From an uncultured Gemmatimonadales bacterium (GTDB lineage: Bacteria > Gemmatimonadota > Gemmatimonadetes > Gemmatimonadales > GWC2-71-9), in the NCBI GenBank assembly GCA_963795085.1, contig CAWCFX010000001.1, forward strand, positions 128,001 through 192,000: DNA of 64,000 bases. The letters run 5' to 3'. The translations under genes and the position numbers were made by a program. Shown here piece by piece: positions 19,037-28,939 of this stretch. How positions within the stretch are numbered: the first letter of the stretch is position 1; each line of letters opens with the position of its first letter. The notes below the pieces were generated by a model, which was not told the origin of the DNA, did no database searches, and saw only the letters and a program-made list of their open reading frames with translations.

Positions 19037-19345
19037 ATGGCTGACCACGACGAAATCTACGGCGCCCAGCGCCAGGCGCGGCTGCTCCAGTTGCTTCGCG
19101 ACCTCGCGGCCAGGATCCGGGAACTCGATACAAACAACCTGTTGCTCGACAAGGTTCCTGAGTTGCTGGGTCTCCTCGGGGAGGCTCGCAGCGAATTGTT
19201 TCACTACGAGGTTCGCATTACCTACGATACGCCCGAGATCGCCGAGAGCCGCCGGATCATCGAGGAGCTCGAGGGCTCGGATTCCCTTTCATTTGATGAC
19301 CCGGAGGATGAAGCTCCATGGCGAAGCCAGCCGAACGAGGAATGA
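19037..19345 (+). CDS. Small acidic helical hypothetical protein
   Basis: ATG 19037 after GAAAGG; 102 aa; overlaps the downstream dsbA-like gene. Confidence 0.75.
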   Translation: MADHDEIYGAQRQARLLQLLRDLAARIRELDTNNLLLDKVPELLGLLGEARSELFHYEVRITYDTPEIAESRRIIEELEGSDSLSFDDPEDEAPWRSQPNEE

Positions 19346-20013
19346 ACCGGTTCTACGCCGTCCTCGGCATAGTGGGGGTTGCGGGACTGGCCGTGATCGG
19401 ATATCTCGCCCTCGGGGGCGGGCGATCGGTTTCCATCCCGGTGGATGCCGCCATCCTGGCGGCCGACACCGCGGGCTTTCGCGGCTATCTGCTCGGCTCG
19501 GACTCCGCCCCCCTGGAGGTGACCGAGTATGCCGACTACCAGTGTCCGGGCTGCCAGCAGTTCGAGACGCTGCAGTTCCCCCAGGTCAAGCGGCAGCTGA
19601 TCGAGACCGGCCGGGTTCGCTGGCGCTACCGGGATTTCCCGCTGGACCAGATTCATCCCAATGCGCGGATCGCGGCCCACTCGGCCGCCTGCGCCAACGA
19701 CCAGAGCAAGTATTGGGAACAGCACCGGCTGATCTACGAAGGGCAGGCGGAGTGGTCGCCCCAGGGCAACCCGGCCGGGACCTTTGAGCGGTACGCCCAG
19801 CGGGCGGGCCTCAACCTGGCGGAGTACAAGGCCTGCATGGCCGAGGCGAAGTATGCGGGCCGGATCCAGGCCAGCCATGACGAGGCCCTCAAGATGAACG
19901 TCGGAGTGACGCCGACCTTTCTCATTGCCGGCCGGCTTTACCCCGGCGGCATGAACTCCGATGCGCTCAAGCGCCTCGTGGACTCCCTGGCCCCGGTTGC
20001 CCCGACGCCATGA
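19318..20013 (+). CDS. DsbA-family thiol-disulfide oxidoreductase (membrane anchored)
   Basis: EYADYQCPGC, RDFPL and TPTF cis-Pro motifs; N-terminal TM helix; start at 19318 or 19342. Confidence 0.9.
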   Translation: MAKPAERGMNRFYAVLGIVGVAGLAVIGYLALGGGRSVSIPVDAAILAADTAGFRGYLLGSDSAPLEVTEYADYQCPGCQQFETLQFPQVKRQLIETGRVRWRYRDFPLDQIHPNARIAAHSAACANDQSKYWEQHRLIYEGQAEWSPQGNPAGTFERYAQRAGLNLAEYKACMAEAKYAGRIQASHDEALKMNVGVTPTFLIAGRLYPGGMNSDALKRLVDSLAPVAPTP

Positions 20014-20423
20014 AATACCGGATGGCCGTAGCACTCCTGGCCCTGGTTGGAGTGCTGCTGGCGACGTACCTGTACCTGTATAAGATCGGCGTGGTGGGGA
20101 CCATGGCCTGTGGCGCGGGTTCCTGTGAGCTGGTTCAGACCAGCCAGTGGAGCCGGTTCCTGGGCGTCGAGGTGTCGCTCATTGGGCTGCTGGGGTACCT
20201 CGGCATCTTCGGGGTCAGCCTGGCGGGCCTGCAGCCCGGCCAGCAGGAACGGCGCTGGCCGGACCGCGCCCTGGTGTTCCTCTCGGGGGGCGGGTTTCTC
20301 TTCTCCGCCTACCTCACCTACGTCGAATTGTTCGTGCTCGACGCCATCTGCCGCTGGTGCGTCGTGTCCGCGGTAATCATCACGCTGCTGTTCGTGGCAT
20401 CCATCCTGGCGTGGCGCCGGTGA
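20010..20423 (+). CDS. Vitamin K epoxide reductase (VKOR) family protein
   Basis: Loop cysteines CGAGSC, S(Q)WS and CRWC active site; coupled to dsbA. Confidence 0.92.
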   Translation: MKYRMAVALLALVGVLLATYLYLYKIGVVGTMACGAGSCELVQTSQWSRFLGVEVSLIGLLGYLGIFGVSLAGLQPGQQERRWPDRALVFLSGGGFLFSAYLTYVELFVLDAICRWCVVSAVIITLLFVASILAWRR

Positions 20424-22357
20424 CCGCATCCCATCCTGACATTCCCGACGATCATTCCCCGGCCCGGCCCGCTCCCCGGGGGAAGGCGCTTGCAATCCTC
20501 TCCCTGACCGCCCTGGGGGTGGTCTACGGCGATATCGGGACCAGCCCGCTCTACGCGCTCAAGGAATGTTTCTCCGGTCCCCATGGCCTGCCGCCCACCC
20601 GGGAGAACGTGCTGGGGGTGCTGTCGCTGATCTTCTGGTCCCTGAATTTCATCATTTCGCTCAAGTACGTCGCGATCATGCTCCGGGCGGACAACCGGGG
20701 CGAGGGCGGCATCCTGGCCCTGCTGGCGCTGTTGCGGCCCCGGGTCGTCAACCGGGGAGGTCGCTGGGCCCTGATCATGCTGGGCATCTTCGGGGCGGCG
20801 CTGCTGTACGGGGACGGAATCATCACGCCCGCGATCTCGGTGCTGGGCGCGGTCGAGGGTCTGAGCGTTGCGACCCACGCGCTGGAGCCCTATGTCGTCG
20901 GCATCAGCCTGGTGATCATCATCGGGCTCTTCCTGGCGCAGCGATTCGGGACCGCGGGGGTCGGCAAGATCTTCGGACCGGTCACCACCCTCTGGTTCAT
21001 CTGTATCGCGGCGCTCGGCGTGTACGGCATCTGGAACGAGCCGACGGTGCTGCGGGCCCTCAACCCGCTGTACATGGTCAGCTTCTTCGCCCGGGAGGGG
21101 CTTGAGGCCTTCCTCATCCTCGCGGCGGTGGTCCTGGTGGTGACCGGCGGCGAGGCCCTCTACGCCGACATGGGCCATTTCGGAAAGCGGCCCATCCGGC
21201 TGGCCTGGTTTGCCGTGGTGCTGCCGGCGCTGGTCCTCAACTATTTCGGCCAGGGCGCCCTCCTGCTCGAGCACCCCGAGGCCCGGACCAACCCGTTCTA
21301 CTTCCTGGTACCGTCCTGGGCACTCTACCCCATGGTAGTAATCGCCACCTCGGCGGCCGTGGTGGCGTCGCAGGCGCTGATCTCGGGTGCCTTTTCGCTG
21401 ACCCGGCAGGCGATCCAGCTCGGATACAGTCCCCGGGTCACCATCATCCACACCTCCCACAAGGAGCAGGGGCAGATCTACATCCCGGAGGTCAACTGGG
21501 CGCTGATGGTCGCCTGCGTCGCCCTGGTGCTGGCTTTTCAGAACTCCAGCAACCTCGCGGCGACCTACGGCGTCGCCGTGACCGGCACCATGACCGTTAC
21601 CACGCTTCTCTTCATGGCGGTGGCCCGGGAACGGTGGCACTGGGCCTGGTGGCGCGTGGCAATCACCGGCGGAATCCTGTTGCTGGTGGACCTGGCCTTC
21701 TTCCTGGCTAACCTGGTCAAGATCCCCGATGGCGGCTGGGTCCCCCTGGTGATCGCCGCGCTGGTGTTCGTCCTGATGTCCACCTGGAAGCGGGGCCGGC
21801 AATTCCTCACCATCGCGCTCAAGGAAAGCGCGCTGCCCCTCGGCGAGGTGATCAAGGACGTGGACCGCCGGCGCGTGCACCGGGTGCCGGGCAGCGCCGT
21901 GTTCATGACCTCGGACCCCGATGGCGCGCCCCCGGTGCTGCTGCACCATCTCAAACACAACAAGGTGCTGCACGAGAAGGTCATCCTGCTCTCGATCCAG
22001 AGCGAGGAAATCCCCACCGTCCCGGAGCGGGACCGGCTGGAGTTCAAGGAACTGGGGAGCGGGTTCTACCAGGTGATCGCCTACTACGGCTTCATGGAGT
22101 CGCCCGACGTGCGGGCGGTACTGCAGTCGCTGGCCCTCAAGGGCGATGCGATGGACGTGGGCGGTCTCACCGTCAAGGTGATGGAGACCACCTTCTACCT
22201 GGGCCGGGAAACCCTGATCCCCACCGGCCACGCGAAGATGGCCCGCTGGCGGAAGCGCCTCTTCATCATCATGACCCGGAACGCCCAGAGCGCCACCGCC
22301 TTCTTCAACCTGCCGCCTAACCGGGTTGTCGAGATGGGGGCCCAGATCCAGCTCTAA
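20420..22357 (+). CDS. kup: Potassium transporter Kup
   Basis: GVVYGDIGTSPLYA, DNRGEGG and EALYADMGHFG motifs; GTG 20420 overlaps the VKOR stop. Confidence 0.96.
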   Translation: MTASHPDIPDDHSPARPAPRGKALAILSLTALGVVYGDIGTSPLYALKECFSGPHGLPPTRENVLGVLSLIFWSLNFIISLKYVAIMLRADNRGEGGILALLALLRPRVVNRGGRWALIMLGIFGAALLYGDGIITPAISVLGAVEGLSVATHALEPYVVGISLVIIIGLFLAQRFGTAGVGKIFGPVTTLWFICIAALGVYGIWNEPTVLRALNPLYMVSFFAREGLEAFLILAAVVLVVTGGEALYADMGHFGKRPIRLAWFAVVLPALVLNYFGQGALLLEHPEARTNPFYFLVPSWALYPMVVIATSAAVVASQALISGAFSLTRQAIQLGYSPRVTIIHTSHKEQGQIYIPEVNWALMVACVALVLAFQNSSNLAATYGVAVTGTMTVTTLLFMAVARERWHWAWWRVAITGGILLLVDLAFFLANLVKIPDGGWVPLVIAALVFVLMSTWKRGRQFLTIALKESALPLGEVIKDVDRRRVHRVPGSAVFMTSDPDGAPPVLLHHLKHNKVLHEKVILLSIQSEEIPTVPERDRLEFKELGSGFYQVIAYYGFMESPDVRAVLQSLALKGDAMDVGGLTVKVMETTFYLGRETLIPTGHAKMARWRKRLFIIMTRNAQSATAFFNLPPNRVVEMGAQIQL

Positions 22358-22376
22358 CGCGGCGCGTAACCTGGCC

Positions 22377-22411
22377 CTACCTGCTACTTGTCACTTCTCA
22401 CCTCTCACTTC

Positions 22412-22418
<7 letters not shown>
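22377..22418. repeat. Heptamer tandem repeat between convergent kup and acs
   Basis: ctacctg ctacttg tcacttc tcacctc tcacttc tcacccc; the last unit contains the acs stop codon. Confidence 0.7.
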
Positions 22419-24367
<1,949 letters not shown>

Positions 24368-24537
24368 CGGATTCGTGGTTGGGTGGAGTTTGCAAGGTAA
24401 TCCCAAGCAGGTTCTTGCAGCTACGCCGAGAGTTGCATCTGGTCGTTTTGCTAAAAGCTTGCGAACGGCTAGGGACCGGCCTGGTGACCCGCCCCACACG
24501 CGAAATGTATCTCATTTTCCGGGAACACTTTACTGAA

Positions 24538-24554
24538 TTGGCACCCGTCTGGCA
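24538..24554 (+). promoter_or_regulatory. Sigma54 promoter candidate upstream of the riboswitch
   Basis: TTGGCACCCGTCTGGCA: GG-N10-GC spacing, imperfect -12 box (CTGGC for TTGC); about 30 nt before the aptamer. Confidence 0.55.
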
Positions 24555-24585
24555 TTAACGGGGGACGAGGAACAGTGGACAACTG

Positions 24586-24684
24586 ATCCGCCCGATAAGA
24601 GCACACCCGGAGTGATCCGGGGCCGCAAAACTGGAGGTCTCGCCGCGGGTCGCGGCCGAGATAGCTCGGTGCCGAAGGTGGGAT
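24586..24684 (+). ncRNA. GEMM-I (c-di-GMP-I family) riboswitch aptamer, A20 variant (3',3'-cGAMP-type)
   Basis: P1 tccgcc.cg / cg.aa.ggtggg; J1/2 ATAAGA; P2 GCACAC-CCGGA-GTGA(GNRA)-TCCGG-GGCCGC; AAA junction; P3 ACT.GGA.GGTCTC-gccgcg/cgcggc-GAGATAGC.TC.GGT; then GCCGAA. Confidence 0.85.
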
Positions 24685-24763
24685 GCAGCGCGATCTGCGT
24701 GATGCGTCAGGCCTGAGTCCGCGGCGAAGCACCACGCTTCGTGCATCGGGCGGTGGAGGACAC

Positions 24764-25075
24764 ATGACCGCTCACTCGAGGATTCACATGATTGCCGCTC
24801 CTGAGCACCTGGGACTGGATTCCAGGAACGAGTTCCGCAAGGCCGCCGTGACGCTGCTGGAGCAGCTGCCGGAGGGGGATGGCCGCCTGGTGATCGACCT
24901 GGGCTCCACCCGCAAGGTTGATTCGGCCGGTCTCGGGGCCCTGATGCTGATCCAGCGGCGGGCCGCCGAACGGCGCCAGTCGGTGATCCTCCGGAATGCC
25001 AGCGACGAGCTGCGTTATCTCCTGGTGCTGACCAAGCTGGACGACCTCTTCACCATGGAATCGCCCGCCGCCTGA
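24764..25075 (+). CDS. STAS domain protein (anti-sigma factor antagonist)
   Basis: LVIDL...VDSAGLGAL with the phosphorylatable Ser; GGAGGA RBS before ATG 24764. Confidence 0.9.
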   Translation: MTAHSRIHMIAAPEHLGLDSRNEFRKAAVTLLEQLPEGDGRLVIDLGSTRKVDSAGLGALMLIQRRAAERRQSVILRNASDELRYLLVLTKLDDLFTMESPAA

Positions 25076-25184
25076 GGCGGCCCTCCCCCTCCGCTCTCCA
25101 TTCTCAGGACAGACCCGTGATATATTAACCCGGTCTGCGGCGGACGTGTCCCCGCCGAGTCCGGGTTTGTCTTATCGGGGTGCC

Positions 25185-25553
25185 ATGACCGCACCATCTC
25201 CACGCCGGAAGATTCTCTTCGTCGAGGACGAAGGCTCGCTCCGGACCAGCTACCAGCGCTATTTCGGCGACCGCTACGACCTGGTATTCGCCACCACCGG
25301 GTCGGAGGCGTTGACCAAGCTGACGGCGGAGCAGCCGGACGTCATGGTCCTCGACATGCGGCTTCCCGATACCAACGGGATCGAGATTCTTCGCCAGATC
25401 CGGCAGGACAACCAGTCGCTGCCCGTCATCATCACCACGTCCTACCTCAGCGTCGAGCCCCAGCTCCGAATGCTCGGCCTGGCCTACAGCGGGTACCTCC
25501 TCAAGCCATTTCGCCTGCACGAGCTCGATGTCCGTATAGATGCCGCCCGCTGA
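25185..25553 (+). CDS. Single-domain response regulator (receiver)
   Basis: ILFVEDE, VLDMRLP, TTS and KPF motifs. Confidence 0.9.
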   Translation: MTAPSPRRKILFVEDEGSLRTSYQRYFGDRYDLVFATTGSEALTKLTAEQPDVMVLDMRLPDTNGIEILRQIRQDNQSLPVIITTSYLSVEPQLRMLGLAYSGYLLKPFRLHELDVRIDAAR

Positions 25554-26256
25554 GGCCCCCGTTCTCGAGGCCCGGGCGGTTACCAAGCGGTTCGGTCCGT
25601 CTCCCGTGCTGCGCAACGTGGATCTTTGCCTGCGGCAGGGAGACATTCTGCTGGTGCTGGGCCAGAACGGATCCGGCAAGACCACGCTGCTCCGCCTGCT
25701 GGCCGGGTTGCTGCGCCCAACCGCAGGCTCCGTGCATCTTCATGGCGCCGACTTCCAGGCTGGCGCGGTGGCTCTCCGGGCCGGCATCGGCTATCTCAGT
25801 CACCGTTCCCACCTCTATGACGAACTTACTCTCCGGGAGAACCTCCAGTTCGCGGCCCGGCTCTTTGGCCTGGCCGACCGGAACGCGGTGGTGGAAGAGG
25901 CGCTGGTCCTGGCCCGGCTCGATGCCAGGGCCGACGACCGGGTCGGCCGGCTGAGCCGGGGGATGCAGCAGCGGGCGGCCCTGGCGCGCGCCTTCCTGCA
26001 CCGGCCCGGGGTACTCCTTCTCGATGAGCCGTTCACGGCCCTGGATACCAGGTCGGCCGAGCGGATCAGAGGCTGGCTCACCGACCGGGCGGCGGAGCGC
26101 CGCGCCATGGTGATCGTCACCCACCAGCCGGACACCCTGTGGGGACTCGCCACCCGGGTGGGGGTGCTGGCCGGCGGGCAGTGGGCCATCCTGGAGGATC
26201 GCCCGAACAGCCTTGAGGAGTTTCTCGGCCGCTACCGGGATGTCAGCCATGTCTGA
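25540..26256 (+). CDS. ccmA: Heme exporter ATP-binding protein CcmA
   Basis: GQNGSGKT, LSRGMQQR, LLDEPFTALD; directly upstream of ccmBC. Confidence 0.88.
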   Translation: MPPAEAPVLEARAVTKRFGPSPVLRNVDLCLRQGDILLVLGQNGSGKTTLLRLLAGLLRPTAGSVHLHGADFQAGAVALRAGIGYLSHRSHLYDELTLRENLQFAARLFGLADRNAVVEEALVLARLDARADDRVGRLSRGMQQRAALARAFLHRPGVLLLDEPFTALDTRSAERIRGWLTDRAAERRAMVIVTHQPDTLWGLATRVGVLAGGQWAILEDRPNSLEEFLGRYRDVSHV

Positions 26257-26938
26257 GAACGGCTCCCGCTGGGGCGCGGCCATGGCGATCGCGGCCAAGG
26301 ACCTGCGGCTCGAGTTCCGGGGGAAGACGGCGCTCCTGTCGGCTGCCATGTTTGCGGCGCTGGTGCTGATCGTCTTCAATTTTTCGCGGGACGCGACGCT
26401 GGTGTCCAACGTGGACCTGGCGCCCAGCGTGCTCTGGGTGACCTTCGCGTTCGCCTCGGTGGTCACCCTCAACCGGGCCTTTCATCTGGAACGGGAGAAC
26501 GGCGCCTTCGACGGCCTTCGGCTGGCCCCGGTGTCCCGGGAGAGCATCTACTTCGGCAAGCTCATCGCCAACCTGGTCTTCGTGTTCCTGGTGGAGGCCG
26601 TAACCTTTCCCCTGTTCATCCTGTTCTTTGGCGTGGATGTGAGCGGGTCCTGGGCGGGCATTGCCGGGGTCATGGCGCTGGCTTCGATCGGGTTCGTCGC
26701 GGTGGGAACGGTGTTCAGCGCGATGGTGGTTCGGACCCGGTTCGCGGAGCTGATGCTGCCGGTGCTGCTGCTGCCCTTCATGGTGCCCCCGCTGATCGGG
26801 GCGACCCAGGCCACCTCCCGGCTGCTCTCGGGCCGTCCATTGAGCGAGGTCTGGGGCTGGCTTAGGTTACTCGGACTCTATGATATCGTGTTCGTGACTC
26901 TCTGCGCCCTCACGTTCTGGGCGGTGGTGGACGAATGA
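26249..26938 (+). CDS. ccmB: Heme exporter protein CcmB
   Basis: KDLRLEFR, ERENG..DGL and LPVLLLP motifs; 6 TM helices. Confidence 0.9.
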   Translation: MSENGSRWGAAMAIAAKDLRLEFRGKTALLSAAMFAALVLIVFNFSRDATLVSNVDLAPSVLWVTFAFASVVTLNRAFHLERENGAFDGLRLAPVSRESIYFGKLIANLVFVFLVEAVTFPLFILFFGVDVSGSWAGIAGVMALASIGFVAVGTVFSAMVVRTRFAELMLPVLLLPFMVPPLIGATQATSRLLSGRPLSEVWGWLRLLGLYDIVFVTLCALTFWAVVDE

Positions 26939-27633
26939 CAACCCGGATCCCCGGCCACACTCCGATCCGCCTGGGCCTCGGGCTCAGCCTGCTGGCCCTG
27001 CTGGGCCTGGCCGGGGTTTACCTGCTCGCGATCGAGCACACGCCGACCGAGATCCGCCAGGGGCTGGCACAGAAGATCTTCTACCTGCACGCCCCGGCCG
27101 CGTGGTCCGCCCTCCTGTCGTTCAGCCTGGTGGGGATCGTCAGCGTGCTGTACCTCTGGCTGCGGGATCCCCGGCTCGACCTGTTCGCCGCCGCTTCCGT
27201 CGAAGTCGGGCTGGTGTTCAGCATGGTGATGCTGACCACCGGCCCCATCTGGGGCAAGCCGATCTGGGGGACCTGGTGGACCTGGGACCCGCGGCTCACC
27301 CTCACGCTGCTGCTCTTCCTGATCTTCATCGGTTATCTCGCGCTGCGGACCGCGCTCACCGACCGGTCCGAGCGGGCCCGGTTCAGCGCGGTTATCGGCA
27401 TCATGGGACTCCTGCTGGTACCGTTCATTCACCTGAGCGTGTACCTCTTCCGCACCATGCACCCGACCCCCATCGTCCTCAAGCCGAGCGCCCCATCGCT
27501 TCCGCCGGTGATGCTCCGGACGCTGCTGATCTCCTTTGGAGTCTCCACCCTGCTCTATACCGGGTTCGTGATGGTGCGGTATGGACTCGCCCTCCGCGCC
27601 CATGCCCGGGAAGAGGCTGAATATGCCGCCTGA
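26935..27633 (+). CDS. ccmC: Heme exporter protein CcmC
   Basis: WWD motif WGKPIWGTWWTWDPRLT with flanking His residues (YLHAP, TMHP). Confidence 0.95.
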   Translation: MTTRIPGHTPIRLGLGLSLLALLGLAGVYLLAIEHTPTEIRQGLAQKIFYLHAPAAWSALLSFSLVGIVSVLYLWLRDPRLDLFAAASVEVGLVFSMVMLTTGPIWGKPIWGTWWTWDPRLTLTLLLFLIFIGYLALRTALTDRSERARFSAVIGIMGLLLVPFIHLSVYLFRTMHPTPIVLKPSAPSLPPVMLRTLLISFGVSTLLYTGFVMVRYGLALRAHAREEAEYAA

Positions 27634-27745
27634 ACCCCCCCCCAACGGCGAATACATGGTGGCGGCGTACGTCGTCACCGGCGCCATCTATCTCGGCTAC
27701 TTCGTGTCGCTCTGGATCCGGGGACGGCGGGCCCTGCGAGGGTAA
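27623..27745 (+). CDS. ccmD: CcmD-like small membrane protein (not in the ORF track)
   Basis: 40 aa MPPEPPPNGEYMVAAYVVTGAIYLGYFVSLWIRGRRALRG; YxxAAY, one TM helix, basic tail; overlaps the ccmC end; GAGG RBS. Confidence 0.75.
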   Translation: MPPEPPPNGEYMVAAYVVTGAIYLGYFVSLWIRGRRALRG

Positions 27746-27752
27746 AAGCGGT

Positions 27753-28149
27753 GCCAGCCGACCACGGCCGAACTACAAACGAGGAAACCACATGAAGGCC
27801 GAGGCGCGTGGTCCGTTTCGGCCATTGTTTTCTGCTTTCGCGCTTTGGTGTCCCCCTCAGGGCCAAACCCACAAGACGCCAGCCAACCACGACCGAACAA
27901 CAAACGACGCACAACAAGAAGGCCGAAGCGGGTGATGCCGTTTCGGCCATTGTCTTGCTTTCGTGCTTGGTGTCCCCCTCAGGGCCAAAACCCATGAGAC
28001 GCCAGCCTACTACGACCAAACTACAAACGACAAAAAAACAACAAGGCCGAAAGGGGTGGTGCCGTTTGGATCGTCTGTTCTTCTTTTCGTGCGTTGTTGT
28101 CCCCTCAGGATCTCATCCCTAAGACACCAGCCGACCACGGCCGAACTAC
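27753..28149. repeat. Tandem array of three ~124-bp hairpin-containing units plus a partial fourth
   Basis: Units start at 27753, 27878, 28001 and 28126 (125/123/125 bp). Shared blocks: CCAGCCnACyACGrCCrAACwAC, GGCCGA..CGTTTCGGCC, CCCCTCAGG. Confidence 0.92.
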
Positions 28150-28166
28150 CGAGACACCGGCCGTAT

Positions 28167-28841
28167 TCAAGCCGTTTGCTTTCCCAGGAGCACCCGGTCC
28201 CACAGGAGGGCGGCCAGGGCGCCTCCCACCAGGGGTCCGATCCAGTACACTGCGTGGGCGGTCCAGACCCCGGAGATGGCGGCGGGTCCGAAGACCCGCG
28301 CCGGGTTGAGCGCCGCGCCGGTGAGCGGGCCCCCGACCAGGGTCGCGAAGAAGAGCACCAGGCCAACGCCGAAGCCGCCGATCTTCGGGGCCTCGGGATT
28401 GACGCAGGTCCCGAACACGGCGGAGACGAGGAAGAAGGTCAACAGGGCCTCCAGCGCCATGGCGACCGGCAGGGTGATGCTGCCGGACACGGTCGGCGTC
28501 CCCACCAGCATGGCGCGGACCGCGGGGGCTGGAAGCAGCAACTTGAGCGCGAGCGCGGCGAGGGTGGCGCCCGCCAGTTGGGCCGCGATGTAGATGGCCG
28601 CGTTTTTCCCGTCGATCCGGCGGCCGAGCAGGAGACCGATGGTGACAGCCGGATTGAGGTGCCCGCCGGAAATCGCCATGGTGGCGCTCACCATGACCGA
28701 GAGCACGATGGCATGGGCCAGGGCGATGCCGAGCAGCCCGAAGCCGCCGGTACCGCTGGTGATGACGGCACCGGCGGCAAAGAATACGAGACCGAACGTA
28801 CCCAGGAGTTCAGCGACCGCACGACGGGTCTGAGATGCCAT
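28167..28841 (-). CDS. MIP family aquaporin
   Basis: Two NPA motifs (SGGHLNPAVT, ALNPAR); 6 TM helices. Confidence 0.95.
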   Translation of the reverse strand: MASQTRRAVAELLGTFGLVFFAAGAVITSGTGGFGLLGIALAHAIVLSVMVSATMAISGGHLNPAVTIGLLLGRRIDGKNAAIYIAAQLAGATLAALALKLLLPAPAVRAMLVGTPTVSGSITLPVAMALEALLTFFLVSAVFGTCVNPEAPKIGGFGVGLVLFFATLVGGPLTGAALNPARVFGPAAISGVWTAHAVYWIGPLVGGALAALLWDRVLLGKQTA

Positions 28842-28939
28842 ATCTGCCTCGGATGAAGGTGGAGTCGGCGCGGATTATAGCGGAAACCGGAGGCGGATTC
28901 TAGGGATTGCAGGGCCGAAGAGAATGAGACCCGCGACCA

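Noticed and set aside
24390..24465. Repeated TTGC motifs upstream of acs as a sigma54 promoter or operator array
   Set aside because: No GG-N10-GC spacing and irregular periodicity.
27675..28122. Short ORFs across the repeat array
   Set aside because: Unit lengths of 125/123/125 shift the frame; translations are mosaics with no RBS.
27753..28125. Tandem hammerhead ribozymes on the minus strand (CTGAG...CGAAA)
   Set aside because: The core reads CUGAGGG rather than CUGANGA, and no stem II can form.
27753..28149. CRISPR array
   Set aside because: The would-be spacers (~100 bp) are homologous to each other and too long, and there are no cas genes in the window.
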